64,000 nt of DNA from Oculina patagonica (Eukaryota): assembly GCF_052425735.1 (NCBI RefSeq), contig NC_135769.1, positions 2,604,001-2,668,000 on the forward strand, written 5' to 3'. Shown here piece by piece: positions 12,360-24,532 of this stretch. Both the position numbers and the translations under genes were made by a program. Numbering within the stretch: position 1 is the stretch's first letter; the number at the start of each line of letters is the position of its first letter. The notes beneath the pieces are model-generated. The model was not told the origin of the DNA. It searched no databases and saw only the letters and a program-made list of their open reading frames with translations.

Positions 12360-14140
12360 TAAACTTAGCAAGTGCTCAGGGTAGCGACTGGAAAAGCTGG
12401 AAAAGGTTTAAGCAAAGAACTATTTGGACCTATTTGCTTCTACGTTATTTATTACCCATCAAAAAATACCGAAGGGTTCAGAGAAGTTTTTTTTTCAAGC
12501 GTCTTCCTCTGGTCGCGCGCTCCCGAGAAAGTGTTTCTGAAAAGGCACCCTGTCTCTATATTACCTTATTATAGGAATATAACGAAGCATTTTAACAACG
12601 CGAACAAAATATACGCGTAATAAAATTAACGCGAATTTAAGAAAAGTTCTGGTTAAATACTTATAGTAAAAAAGTTAACATCATTCGCGTTAATAACATG
12701 TATCGTTAATTTCCTATAATAAGGTAGGCACCCAGTCGCTTTTGGCGCCAAAACGACGCCAAAACGAATCATTGCCATGATTATAGGTACAAGTCCTCTT
12801 CTGCCTCTTTTGTGCTCTCCCAAGATTTCTTCCATGATATATCGAATACGTGACCGTAGATTTCTAATCGGGCCGGCTGAGAACCAATCAGATTCGAGAA
12901 CTTTGTTATAGTTCCGATACCGGCTGAGAACCAATCAGATTCGAGAACTTTTTTATAGTTCCGATATTAGCCGCAAGAAAAATTACAACATATTCACTCG
13001 TTTCGCAATCTGACTGAAGTTTCTTTGAAAGATTCAGAAGCCCCGACCAGCGACCTCGCAAGCTTTTACATGATATTCTGACATCGACATCTCTGCTGAT
13101 TTTATAAGGTGAGTGAATCAGCAATTACTGCAACTGATATCTAAATTCAACAAAGGCGAGGTTAAGTGAATATCGGCCGACGCCGAAACCTGAAGGTTAA
13201 TATTACCTACCGCTTACCTGATATCTTTATTTTATCATCAGTCTGGATATCACACAAACCTCGTGGAAATAACTTTCCGAACAACGGTAGATCTTCGCGG
13301 CCATGAATATTTGTTTAGCAGTGAATGCACACCCATGATCGAAAATATAATTACTTAAAGAATCAACGTCAACTGAGATCAGAGGTCGCTGTCATGTAAT
13401 GGTATTTAAAAGATCTTGAATTTTCAACTCTTCTTGAGTTTTGTCTTCTATTCATGGTACTTTTCTTATCAGTGCAGTCTCACTTGTTCAGATGCGAAAC
13501 ATTAATGTCAACTTAACATGTACCCGGAGTCGCGAGGTAAGACCGATTTGAACGAGAATTTTCTTAAGTGTCATGACTCAGTTTTATTAGCACACATTCA
13601 AATATAACTAACGTGCCCATGACGATTTTTTCACGCGTGATATTATGCGATCTACGGCAAAGTGCCTCACCCGAGGGGAGGGGGCTACTCCCTTTTAGGG
13701 GCTGGCCCATTATGCTCCTAAAAATGGCTTATTTTGCTGCTAGCACTGCTCCCAATTTTGTCGAAATATGCCAGAAATTATGTCACCTTATTATAGGAAA
13801 TTAAGGTCGCGTTATCTTTTGTTGACGTTCATTTCCGCGCCGTTAATTAAGTGGAACGTTAATTTCCATGAACTTAATTTCCATTATTTTGGCCCCAATT
13901 TTTTGATACGGTCCAGACATTCTTGACTCCTAGTAAAAGGCGTTATTTTATCAGGGTAGAAATCTGCCGGTATCACTGAAACTGGGAAGAACGCTCGAGG
14001 TGGTAATGATCAGATGATGAATTTGCTAATATTCGGCCACTTGTTGCTAATTTTATTATTACAGCGCCCTTTCTAAACGTTGTCTTTGAATAGAGTACAC
14101 AACGGTGCACTGATAGTCTTACTTGTCGTTTTCTTCAGCA

Positions 14141-17100
14141 ATGGCTGATAACACAAGCGTATGTCCTCACAGACAGTTCATGGATGAACCAGGAATTCAG
14201 TGGCGTGAAGGAAAACCTGACTTTACAAAAGTTGATAAAGCTTACTTAGAGGGCAGGACACGAAAGCACAAAGAGGGCTCGCTGGAGAAGATTGTAGAGG
14301 ATTTGGTGAAGACTTGGGAAATGGAAGCTTCGCATAAAACTCGAATTGAGGTGAGCAGAGCTTTGAGAGCTCTACCGTGTCTTTAATTCTACACTTTCCA
14401 ACCGCTTTTTGCAAAGCCTTTCACCTTCAAGAGTGACACCTTGTTCTATTTTTCCATGAGTACCTTCAAAATTTCTTGGGAGAGCTGTCAGAAGATCGAT
14501 CTTTATTGAAGTGATTTGTTTTCTAATCATGACTTGAGCCCTCTAACGCTGGCTGAATGTTGTGCAATGCGAGGCCTATTCTGGGACCCAAAGTCGCCGT
14601 AACTTTGGGCGACTTAAGGCGACTTTAGGCGATTTTATCTTATTTTGTCCAAAATTACGGGCGATTTTGAGCGATTTAAGGCGATTTAAGGCGATTTTGG
14701 GCGACTTTAGGCGACTTTGGGCGATTTTAGGCGACTTCAGGCAATTTTAGGTGACCTTTTAGGCAATTTTAGGTGACCGACCTAAGTACAGTTTTAGTTT
14801 TACATAGTTTACTATTAATATATAAACTATATACAACGGATTTAAAGCGACTTAGAGCGACTTTAGGCGACTTTGGGCGACTTTGGGCGACTTTAGGCGA
14901 TTTTGGGCGACTTTGGGCGATTTTGGGTCCCAGAGTAGGCCTAATGCGACACAACGGGAGAATTCAAGCTCATTGGAAACTCAGGCATAATTTACATAAT
15001 ATGAGAGGGTTTGTGACATTTTAATCTGTAAGATCTACATATAATCCTGTACACAACACTGGGACACGGAAAAATATATTCACATTGTATTCGCTAGCAA
15101 ACAGTGAAAGTATAAAAAACAACTCCAGATACTGTTTCAATAACTTTAAAGAAACTTCAGTTCGAAATTCCGGGCACAAACTCTTAAAATATGCAAGTTA
15201 TGCCTTTCCTATGAAAATGCATAAGTTGAAAAGAAAATGTCCAGGTTTACATGTTCGAGTACGGGTTTTTGTCTCTACGGAGAAAGCTAGTGTGTGACCA
15301 TTCAAATGAAAGCTATTGAGCAGTTCTTTCATGTGGTACTGCATGTTTACTATACTGTATAAAATCATTCTAACTTTAATGTCATTTTTCCATCGTTAAT
15401 TCGTTCTTTTACTTACAGGACTGGCAGAGTGTTGACAGAGAAGCATTTACCATCCGAGGAAACAATCAGCGTTCCTACAATTTAAAGGAACTTGTTGAAG
15501 AGGGAAACTACAATATCCTAATGCAGAATCAACCGCTGTACAACAGTGAGGCTCACACGTTTGAATCATCGCATAACTTATTCAGGTCTGCGTTCAACGA
15601 GGGGTTTCCATGGGAACTGATAGAAGTCTTTTCAGGTAACTAATTACATCGAAAATGTTAAAATTTACATTGTCGCGTTGGACTAGCATCCCATCCAGGG
15701 AGGGGTGGAATTCATGCTACAGAATCTTGGGTGAGTCCAGTACGGTAACCCAGTTTGGGTCGAGTGCCGCTTTACCTTCCTTTTTCAGTCAACTCTCAAT
15801 TAACGGACACCTCTATAAGACGGACACCTGTTTAAAGGAGCAGTGTTACGATATTTTAAGTCATTTTTCTGTTTACTTTCAAATTGAAGAAAACCTTAAA
15901 ATAATAGTGACAATAGAAAGCAAGGGACCGCGGACGAAAATGCTGCTAGTGTACGTAGGAGTTGGCGACAGCTCTAATCAGCCAAAAATAAAAATACAGA
16001 GACAAGATAAGCAAGGCTGACACTACGTAGAAATGAAAAAACCTTAACGGGACAACGACATGATAGAGTCCAAACTGAAAGTCAAAAATGCAAACTCTGG
16101 ACAGCTGTTTCGACCTGATTGGGTCTCTTCAGCAGAGTGTATGCCGCACAGAATAGAACAACCAGCGCAAAGACAGTTGTCTATAAAGTGGTCGTGGTAA
16201 TGACAATCCGGATGGACTCAAATTCAAACACCCGCCCACTGATCATAGCCGCGTGACTATTACTCAATAGGTCAAGAATGCTATGATCAGTGGGCGGAAT
16301 TTGAGTCCATCCGGATTGTCATTACCACGACCACTTTATAGACAACTGTCTTTGCGCTGGATGTTCTATTCTGTGCGGCATACACTCTGCTGAAGAGACC
16401 CAATCAGGTCGAAACAGCTGTCCAGAGTTTGCATTTTTGACTTTCATTTTAGACTCTATCATGTCGTTGTCCCGTTAAGGTTTTTTCATTTCTACGTGGT
16501 GTCAGCCTTGCTTATCTTGTCTCTTAAAATAATAGCTGTCTAACAAAGAAAAACAACAAAGGAGTAATAGAAACACAAAAATAACCAAGGATGGTTTCGA
16601 CTGACAAATTACGAAGATTAAAATGGATTACGATCGACAAACTTTGAAAAAACTTGCCAAGTTTTTCAAGATGCGTTGTCCGCGAAGAAGCTTTTTTAAG
16701 ACGGACACCTGGTGTTGCTCCCGTCCCTACCGTATATCAGTCATTTTACTGTAACTAAACTCGCTATAAAACGGACACCTCCTTTTTAACGGACAGTTGG
16801 AGCCGGTCCCGACGGTATCCGTTTTAGAGAGAGCTGACTGCATCCCCTATAATAAGAACCTTTGGAGCTGTGCTGTGGGAGGTGCCGTGGACTTGGATTG
16901 TTCTTAGGCAAGCTACATTACTCTCACAGTGCCTCCCTCCACACCAGGAGTATAAATGGGTACCGGGTAAATGGTTGGGGCAGCCTGATTGAGTATTGGA
17001 GTGTACCCAGCGATGGACTAGCATCCCATCAAAGGGAAGTAGCAATACTCTTAATCGCTTCATGCTACAAAAACCGGGGTTGAGCGCGGAGAGAAATGAG

Positions 17101-17737
17101 CCAGCCGGGCTCAAAAGAATTTAGAGTCAACCCTCTCTTAACTGACACCTCTATAAGACGCACACCTATCTAAAACGGACAGTTTAGAGAGAGTTGACAT
17201 GCCACAGTAGACTTGCTTACAAGTCGAGCTCACAGAGCGCGAAGCGCGAAGGCGAGCGCGAAGCGCGAGAGCTCGAGCGCGAAGCGCGAGAGCTCGCACC
17301 GGGGTCTACTACCACCAAACCGGAAAAGAAAAAGCGAACGACTTTTAGAAAGTCTAATGCCACAGAAGCAACGTGTTCTACCTTATACTGCTGCTATTTG
17401 TGTGGGAAGTGTGCTGATTTAAGCGATCCTGCTAGTTATCTGAGATTTGACTTACATTTGCCGCGATTGCGACGTTCACTGACAACGACAAACACGTCGT
17501 GGCAAGTTTTGACTAAGGTTGTGGCTATCTTGTCCTCTAGGTCCCCCGCGAGTAGCTTTCTCGTGGCGCCATTGGGCCCACTGGACGGGCCCCTATAAAG
17601 GAAGGGCCCCAACGGGCGAATTGCTGGAAATGCATGGAATGGCTGTAGCGGAGGTGGACGAGAACTTAAAAATCAAGTCACTCGATGTTCATTATGATCC
17701 GAACCAGCTCCTGATGAAATTGGAAGGAGAGAAGTGA
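14141..17737 (+). CDS. Pathogen-related protein-like (plant/fungal PRP family, NTF2/SnoaL-like fold), copy 1; exons 14141-14350, 15419-15635, 17541-17737; 207 aa
   Basis: The spliced product has QWREGKPDF, GSLEKIVEDLVKTWEMEASHK, GNYN.L, TFESSHNLFRSAFNEGFPWELIEVFSGPPRVAFSWRHWAHWTGPYKGRAPTGE and V.YDP.QLL. These match the motif series I recall for barley pathogen-related protein. Confidence 0.88.
14572..14942. mobile_element. Non-autonomous TIR element with AG...CT termini, a 6-bp TSD and internal 10-bp tandem arrays
   Basis: TIR aggcctattctgggacccaaa / tttgggtcccagagtaggcct. TSD aatgcg at 14566-14571 and 14943-14948. Arrays of ggcga(c/t)ttt(a/g). Confidence 0.8.
16094..16138 (-). ncRNA. Minimal type I hammerhead ribozyme (copy on - strand)
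   Basis: Exact reverse complement of 16384-16428. Confidence 0.8.
16384..16428 (+). ncRNA. Minimal type I hammerhead ribozyme
   Basis: Stem I ACUCUG/CAGAGU; core CUGAAGA; stem II GACC-caauca-GGUC; GAAA; palindromic short stem III CAGCUG; GUC cleavage triplet (cut after 16422). Confidence 0.82.
16870..17112 (+). mobile_element. SINE-like dispersed repeat
   Basis: Shares the block ttgggcaag...ctctcacagtgcctctctccacccagg...gatggactagcatcccatc...cttcatgctac with 59697-59945 (+), 51530-51790 (-), and fragments at ~15680 and ~63230. Confidence 0.65.
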
Positions 17738-18994
17738 ACGATGAATGAGACAGTGAGGTAGCTTGTGAAGAAGTAATGTCATGAATAGGGCTGTTTAAGC
17801 ATCTTGGAAAATTTATCCAAAAGTTTTCAAATGTTTGACATGGTGATAATAAAATAACCATAGCGACAAAAAAGAAATAAAGAATGTCTAATGAATTTGA
17901 TCATCAAGTGGAGTCAGTGGACGCTTTGTATCGCGTTTGAATAATTACTTGGGACCACTGTCTAATCCCCCTCCCTCCCCTTCCCCACCTTCCCCGTGCG
18001 GCCACATCCCAAAATTAAAGCGACCACTTTTCCAAAATCCCAATGAATTTCCCAGTCAAATCGTATTTAAGCGACCACCTCTCGTGGGCGACCGCGATAA
18101 CTTTAAGGGCTGGTGATTTAAAATTTTCTATCGTTTTTCAACCTCCGTCATGCGACCACTTCACGTGATAATAGTTTGCCGTGACCCGACCTTATAACGA
18201 GAGCCAACTGGGTGACGAGATGCCTTTGACCCTGATTTGACGATAAAGTTTGTTCTTCCATAAGAAAATTTTCTCATATCTAATGTTCGCGGGTAACTAA
18301 ATATTGGTTTTACACAAGTCGGAATTTGCACTGGACGCACTAAAATCTATTCAAATTATAAGGGAGGCTCGACTGCAGTTAATGAACCTTGTTTAATTGG
18401 ACTGACATTAGTGAGAAAGACCACTCAAGTGTAGTTTAACAATTAAACTGCATTTTAATTGACATCATTTTTTGTGAACAAGCCATCGAAAATTCCCCTT
18501 GCTTATAAAGGAGGAGCTGAATCTATCAAGCTCAGGCTTAAAGCTATTACACACATCTTTACATTTAAACAAATCTTTATGGCAACAAAAATGGATGTGA
18601 ATTCACTGAATATTTCTTTGCCCGGAGCGTTTTGCGGCGCCTTTGATTAGCATTTGAACTGAAGCAGCCTGGCGCCATCGATAAAATAAATTTCGCAATC
18701 GATAAAAACGTTAAACTACCAAATTAGTCTTGTTTTAAGCATTTATGAGTAGTTGGTTTTCTTTGTTCTCCAAATCTATCGCTTGACAGCTGATTGGAAA
18801 CTGCGCCTTCGTCAACTGTCACGTGACAAAAAACTGGAGCGAATAATGTGCTAATAATCGGCCACTTACTGCCAATTTTATAGCGCCTTGCAGTCTTAAC
18901 TTCGTAAACGATGCGTAAAGTTCTGTAAATAGTTGTAAATAGAATTCATAGCAGGGCATCATATAGCGGTCATAGATTGTCGTGTTCTTCAGCA

Positions 18995-20497
18995 ATGGCG
19001 GCAGATAGCATAAGTGTGTGTCCTCACAGACAGTACATGGATGAACCAGGAATTCAGTGGCGAGAAGGAAAACCTGACTTTACAAAAGTTAATAGAGCTT
19101 ACTTAGAGGGTAGGACACGAAAGCACGAAGAAGGCTCACTGGAAAAGACGGTAGAGGATTTGGTGAAGACATGGGAAATGGAAGCTTCGCATAAAACTCG
19201 AATTGAGGTACATAACCAAGTTGTACTCCGTCTTTGTGGGTCTTTCCAACCGTTCACCTTTAGCCTTCAAGACCCTTTAAGAGTAACAAAAAATTCACTC
19301 ATTATTATTTAGAGTTTAAAAATCGACACCGTGACTAGTCAAGCAAAAACCATGATAAACCCAAGCGGAATTTACATGACAAAAGTGTTTGCACTGAATC
19401 GATTTTGAACTTTAATTTCTTACTGTGAATAGAACCCTAGTGTGCAACAATTCAAGTGAAAGCTCTTGAGCAGTAGGAGCAACGTTGCGATATTTTAATT
19501 CATGAAATGCAGGAAACTTCAAAATAATAGTATTCTTACATGGAAAAACAACAAAGAAGCTAAAAGAAATCGAAAATAAACAAGGATGGTTTCGACTGAC
19601 GAAGGTTAAGACAGATTACGAATGACAAACTTGAAAAAACTTGCCAATTTTTTCAAGATGCGTTGTCTGTGACGTTGCTCCTATTAACCTCAATGCATTA
19701 AAACGCTGGTATGCAACTATTGAAATGCCACATCAGGTGCTAACACCGTTATTCCGTTTCTTCGTTTCCAGGACTGGCAGACTGTTGATAGAGAAGCATT
19801 TACCATTCGCGCAAACAGCCAGCGTTCATTCAATTTAAAGGAAGTTATTGAAGAGGGAAGCTATAATATCCTGATGCAGAACCAACCGCTGTACAACAGT
19901 GAGGCTCATACTTTTGAATCATCGGACAACTTATTCAAGTCTGCATTCAACGAGGGGTTTCCATGGGAACTTATAGAAGTCTTTTCAGGTAGTGATATAA
20001 AAACTTTCCTGCCGACAAGCTTCCTTCACAAAAAAACCCGGCTAGCAAAAACCGTTAGGAGTCTGGGTAGAGAAAGATTTTTCTCGCCTCAGTCCGCCTA
20101 ACGTAATGTTTCACTGGTGAACGTTGGGTTGATTGGTAATGGTAATGTTATTTCTGTTCTCTCAGACCTATCTCTGTGTTTTAGAAGTCTAAAGTAACAA
20201 TGAAGTGCCAAAAATGGATTATACGTATCCACCCCACAATGACAAACGTGTCTTCTGCTTGACAAGTTTTGACTAAAGTTGTGGCTATCTTGTCCTCTAG
20301 GTCCCCCGCGAGTAGCTTTTTCGTGGCGCCATTGGGCCCACTGGACGGGCCCCTATAAAGGAAGGGCCCCGACGGGCGAATTGCTGGAAATGCATGGAAT
20401 GGCTGTAGCGGAGGTGGACGAGAACTTAAAAATCAAGTCAATCGATGTTCATTATGATCCGAACCAGCTCCTGATGAAGTTAGAAGGAAAGAAATGA
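18995..20497 (+). CDS. Pathogen-related protein-like, copy 2; exons 18995-19207, 19772-19988, 20301-20497; 208 aa
   Basis: Same intron positions and phases as copy 1, a near-identical protein and an open frame. Confidence 0.88.
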
Positions 20498-20580
20498 ACG
20501 ATGAATGTGCAGACATTGTTTACCTGACGACGAGTCATTGTATTTTCAAAACATAGAATAAAATAAAACGGAATACTAAA

Positions 20581-20730
20581 GAGAGGAGAAGAGCGTAGAG
20601 TAGAGTAGAGTAGAGTCGAGTCGAGTCGAGTCGAGTCGAGTAGAGTCAAGTCGAGTCGAGTAGACTAGAGTCGAGTCGAGTCGAATCGAGTCGAGCCGAG
20701 TCGAGTCGAGTCGAGTCGAGTCGAGAAGAG
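20581..20730. repeat. Pentanucleotide microsatellite (GAGTC/GAGTA)n
   Basis: Tandem gagtc/gagta units directly visible. Confidence 0.95.
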
Positions 20731-21254
20731 TTGAGTGCGAAGTAATATAACGCACACTGCATAGTACTCGTGTTTGAGTTGTCAATAACCATTCTGTTTA
20801 AGTGCATCTTGAAAAATCTATCCCAATGTTTTCAAATATTTGTCAAGGTGATATTATAATCACCAGAGCGACAAAAAGAATTAAAGAATGTCTGTTTTAA
20901 TGAATTTGATCATGAGTATACGTTTTGTATCTCGTTTGTGTAATTACTTTGGACTTCAGTATTCTTCTAAAACAAACAAATTATTGGTCCTTGATTTCTA
21001 TGGCCTAACAAATGATTGAAAACTGCGCCTTCATCAACTGTCCCGTGATTAAAATCTAGAGGGAATAATGTAATTGTTGATTGGGCTGCATACCAGCCAA
21101 TCAGAATGCGAGTCTGCTGATAATCGGCCACTTATTGCAAATTTAATAACGCCCTTCGACAAGGTAAGCGGTGCACAAAGTTCTGTAAATATATAGTAGA
21201 GTTCACCTCAGAGCATCCACCTATATGGGTCACAGATTGTCGTGTTCTTCAGCC

Positions 21255-24155
21255 ATGCCGGCAGATAGCACAAGCGTTTGTCCTCACAGACAGTACATGG
21301 ACGAACCAGGAATTCAGTGGCGTGAAGGAAAACCTGACTTTACAAAAGTTGATAAAGCTTACTTAAAGGGAAGGACACGAAAGCACAAAGAGGGCTCACT
21401 GGAGAAGACGGTAGAGGATTTGGTCAAGTCTTGGGAAATGGAAGCTTCGCATAAAACTCGAATTGAGGTAAGCAAAGTATTACTCCGTCTTTGGACCTCT
21501 TTGCACATCTTTCCAACCTAAGAGTGACACAAAATTCACTCTTTATATCTAGAGTTTTTAAATCGACACCGTGACTGAAATGTTCAGGAAAAACCCACGA
21601 CAAAGCCAAATATAATTTGCATGACAAAAGTGATTGTACTGAACTTTCTAACTGAGAGATTTACATGCAATCTTAATCACGAAAGGACAGATTGACCTAA
21701 AGTTTCATCTTCGAATTGCGAGGAAAGAGTGGAAGTATAGAAAACAAACTAGGCAATATTTCGACAACTTTACTCAGTGAGTTTTCTTTTATTTATTGAG
21801 CTAAAGAAATTCTCAGATCGATCGAATACCACGCAAACTCTTGTGTTATTCAAATTTATGCCTGGAACTCGGGGGTAACCTTCACGAAAAAATTAACCTT
21901 AACCGTAAACCTAATCTTGACCCTTACACCAATCCTAAAACTAAGCCTTTTCTTATACAGCTAGCCCCAAAACTATCTTAACCTTTTTTCAGTCTGCAAA
22001 TGTCACACATCGTTAACTTTTAAGTCTGTGGATAAGACTCTAGTGTATTACCATTCAAATGTAGGCAATTGAGCAGTACTTTCATGTGGTACTGTTTTAC
22101 TAGAGCGGTTTTTACTTGAGTGTCGAAAGTAAATTTCGTTTGCTTTGGTTTTGCATTACTACGCTTAGTGATTGGCTAAAAAATCTCGCGCCACTTTCTC
22201 AGCCAAACAGGAGTAAAACCAAAACCAATCGTGACTCGCTCGCGCACGTTTTCCTGCGCTTCGTGCCAGCTACATGTATTTGCTTCGAGTTTTGATTGGT
22301 TCACTGGATTGTCTGTGTCCTTTGTGATTGGCCAGACTGATTACTTTGGTTTTAGTTTTACGACACTCAATTGAAAACTGCTCTATACTGTACAGGGTGG
22401 TTCAAACTTTCTGTGGACGACACTATAGTGTCTATTGAGCAGTGCTTTCATGTGGTACTTTTTGATACTGTACAAGGTTGGTTCTAACTTTAGGTCAATG
22501 CATTAAAACGCTAGTATGCAGCTATTTAAATGTCACGCCAATTGTCAAGTCCTTTATTTCGTTTCTTCGCTTCCAGGACTGGCAGACTGTTGATAGAGAA
22601 GCATTTACCATTCGCGGAAACAACCAACGTCCCTTCAATTTAAAGGAAGTTATTGAAGAGGGAAGCTATAATATCTTGATGCAGAATCAACCACTTTACA
22701 ACAGTGAGGCTGAAACGTTTGAATCATCGCACAACTTATTCAGGTCTGCGTTCAACGAGGGGTTTCCATGGGAACTGATTGAAGTCTTTTCAGGTAATGA
22801 TAAAATTCCCTGCCAGCAAGTTTAGTTTTCTCCACAAGAACCGGGAGGAGTCTGAGGAGAGAAAGATTCTCCTCCCCGGTCTTTCTCGGCCTCAGTCTGT
22901 CTGAAGTAATGTTTCAGTGGTGAAAGTTAGGGGAATTCGAAATAAAAATTGTTATATTTAGAATTCCGAAGAAAAACTATCGGAGCAAGGCGAGAACCAA
23001 CAACACTGAAACTCAATCCACATATGACAGCCTGCCGGAATCAAACCTCGGCCACATTGGTGGGAGGCGAGCGCTCTCAACACTGCGCTATCTATGCTAC
23101 CCATAATAGAGCGGTTTTCACTTGAGTGTCGAAAGTAAATTGCGTTTGCTTTGGTTTTGCATTACTACGCTTAGTGATTGGCTAAAAAATCTCGCGCCAC
23201 TTTCTCAGCTAATCAGAACTAAACCAAAACCAATCGAGACTCGCTCGCGCACGTTTTCCCGCGCTTCGTACCAGCTAAATGTATTTGCTTTGAGTTTTGA
23301 TTGGTTCACTGGATTGTTTGTGTCCCTTGTGACTGGCCGGATTAAGTACTTTGGTTTTGGTTTTACGACATCTCAATTGAAAACTGCTCTAAAATAGATA
23401 AATCGTTAAGACTTTCGCAATGGTAGTTCTTTTCTCTCGGATCTTTGACCCGGCAACAGTACGTGATTTCATAACAGTAAGACGCTCCACTTATAACCTC
23501 AGAGGCAACACAATTGTGGACCTTCCAAAAGTAAAATCAACAACAGATATACTGCATCTAAAATGTGGGACTCCATACCAGACGAAACAAAAAAAATAAA
23601 AACTTACACGGTTTTTCAGAAGAATTTAAGAACATTAAACCTAACGGAAGTGTGTCAATTTTTAATACTATTTTTAAATACAATTTTTACTATTTTACTG
23701 TTTTTAATAATATTTTTATATTTTTAGTCAAAATATTGTAACATGTAGTTATTCTTAATGATAGCTTACTCAATTTATACAGGAGCTGATTTATACACTT
23801 TTTATACACTTCCAGGATTTTATTTTGTATTTTTATTTCGTAGACCTGCAAACTAGCTTTTTAGCAAAGCGTACCGACCACGTTAATAAGGATTGATTGA
23901 TTGATCGATTGATTGATTGACAAGTTTTGTCTGACGTTGTGGCTATCTTGTCATCTAGGTCCCCCGCGAGTAGCTTTCTCGTGGCGCCATTGGGCCCACT
24001 GGACGGGCCCCTATAAAGGAAGAGCACCGACGGGCGAATTGCTAGAAATGTATGGAATGGCTGTAGCAGAGGTGGACGAGAACTTAAAAATCAAGTCAAT
24101 CGATGTTCATTTTGATCCGAACCAGCTCCTGATGAAGTTAGAAGGAAAGAAATGA
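21255..24155 (+). CDS. Pathogen-related protein-like, copy 3; exons 21255-21467, 22577-22793, 23959-24155; 208 aa (alternative in-frame ATG at 21225)
   Basis: Same structure as copies 1 and 2, with an open frame. Confidence 0.88.
22101..22385. mobile_element. MITE, TAGAGC...GCTCTA family
   Basis: TIR tagagcggtttttacttgagtgtcgaaa / ttttacgacactcaattgaaaactgctcta. Further copies at ~23108-23391, ~24280-24835 (reverse, interrupted) and ~42165-42424. Confidence 0.8.
23108..23391. mobile_element. Second copy of the TAGAGC...GCTCTA MITE
   Basis: Highly similar to 22101-22385. Confidence 0.8.
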
Positions 24156-24532
24156 ACGATGAAAGCACAGACATTGTTTAACTGACAACGAGTCATTTAA
24201 TTTTCATAACCTAGATTAGTAGTCACTTGGCGTGTTCCGTTGGAAATCCGCGAATCTGAATACAGGTAGCCGGTACGAAGCGCGGGAAAACGTGTGCGAG
24301 CAATAGACCATATTCTTTTTCTCGGTATTGGACTGAAACTGCTGCAATGGAGGTTCATACGAGGAAATATCATTAAAAAGATTTCTTTTTTTTAAAAAAA
24401 TACCCCCAACAAACTACACCCAAACAAAAACAAAAAAAAAAATTCACGATTGGTTTTGGTTTATTTCTGATTGGCTAAGAAAGAGGCGCGGAGTTTTAAA
24501 CCAATCACTAAGCGTAGTAATGCAAAACCAAT

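Larger units (their letters stand above)
15908..16523. mobile_element. Penelope-like retroelement remnant with inverted pseudo-LTRs (~250-bp-arm palindrome)
   Basis: Near-perfect inverted repeat, 15998-16249 versus 16280-16524. A 12-bp direct repeat ttaaaataatag lies at 15896-15907 and 16524-16535. Each arm carries a hammerhead motif. Confidence 0.75.
15786..16840. mobile_element. Tc1-type MITE interrupted by a TTAA-flanked Kolobok-like MITE (15836-16695), which is itself interrupted by a Penelope-type insertion
   Basis: Outer ends are cagtcaactctc / gagagctgactg. The inner element is ttaa|aggagc ... gctttt|ttaa and resembles 49527-49904 and ~19475-19683. Confidence 0.7.

Noticed and set aside
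14600-14930. Possible CRISPR array or repetitive protein (ORFs with LGDFRRL / QSRPKSPK repeats)
   Set aside because: These are 10-bp tandem units without unique spacers, inside a TIR element. The ORFs are repeat artefacts and the DNA is eukaryotic.
17194-17598. 134-aa ORF with EREARELE repeats
   Set aside because: It arises from gcgcgaagcgcga repeats in an intron of PRP copy 1 and overlaps exon 3 out of frame.
20452-20785. ORFs with LDSTR repeats
   Set aside because: Translation of the (GAGTC)n microsatellite.
23122-23397. 91-aa ORF
   Set aside because: It lies almost entirely within a multi-copy MITE.
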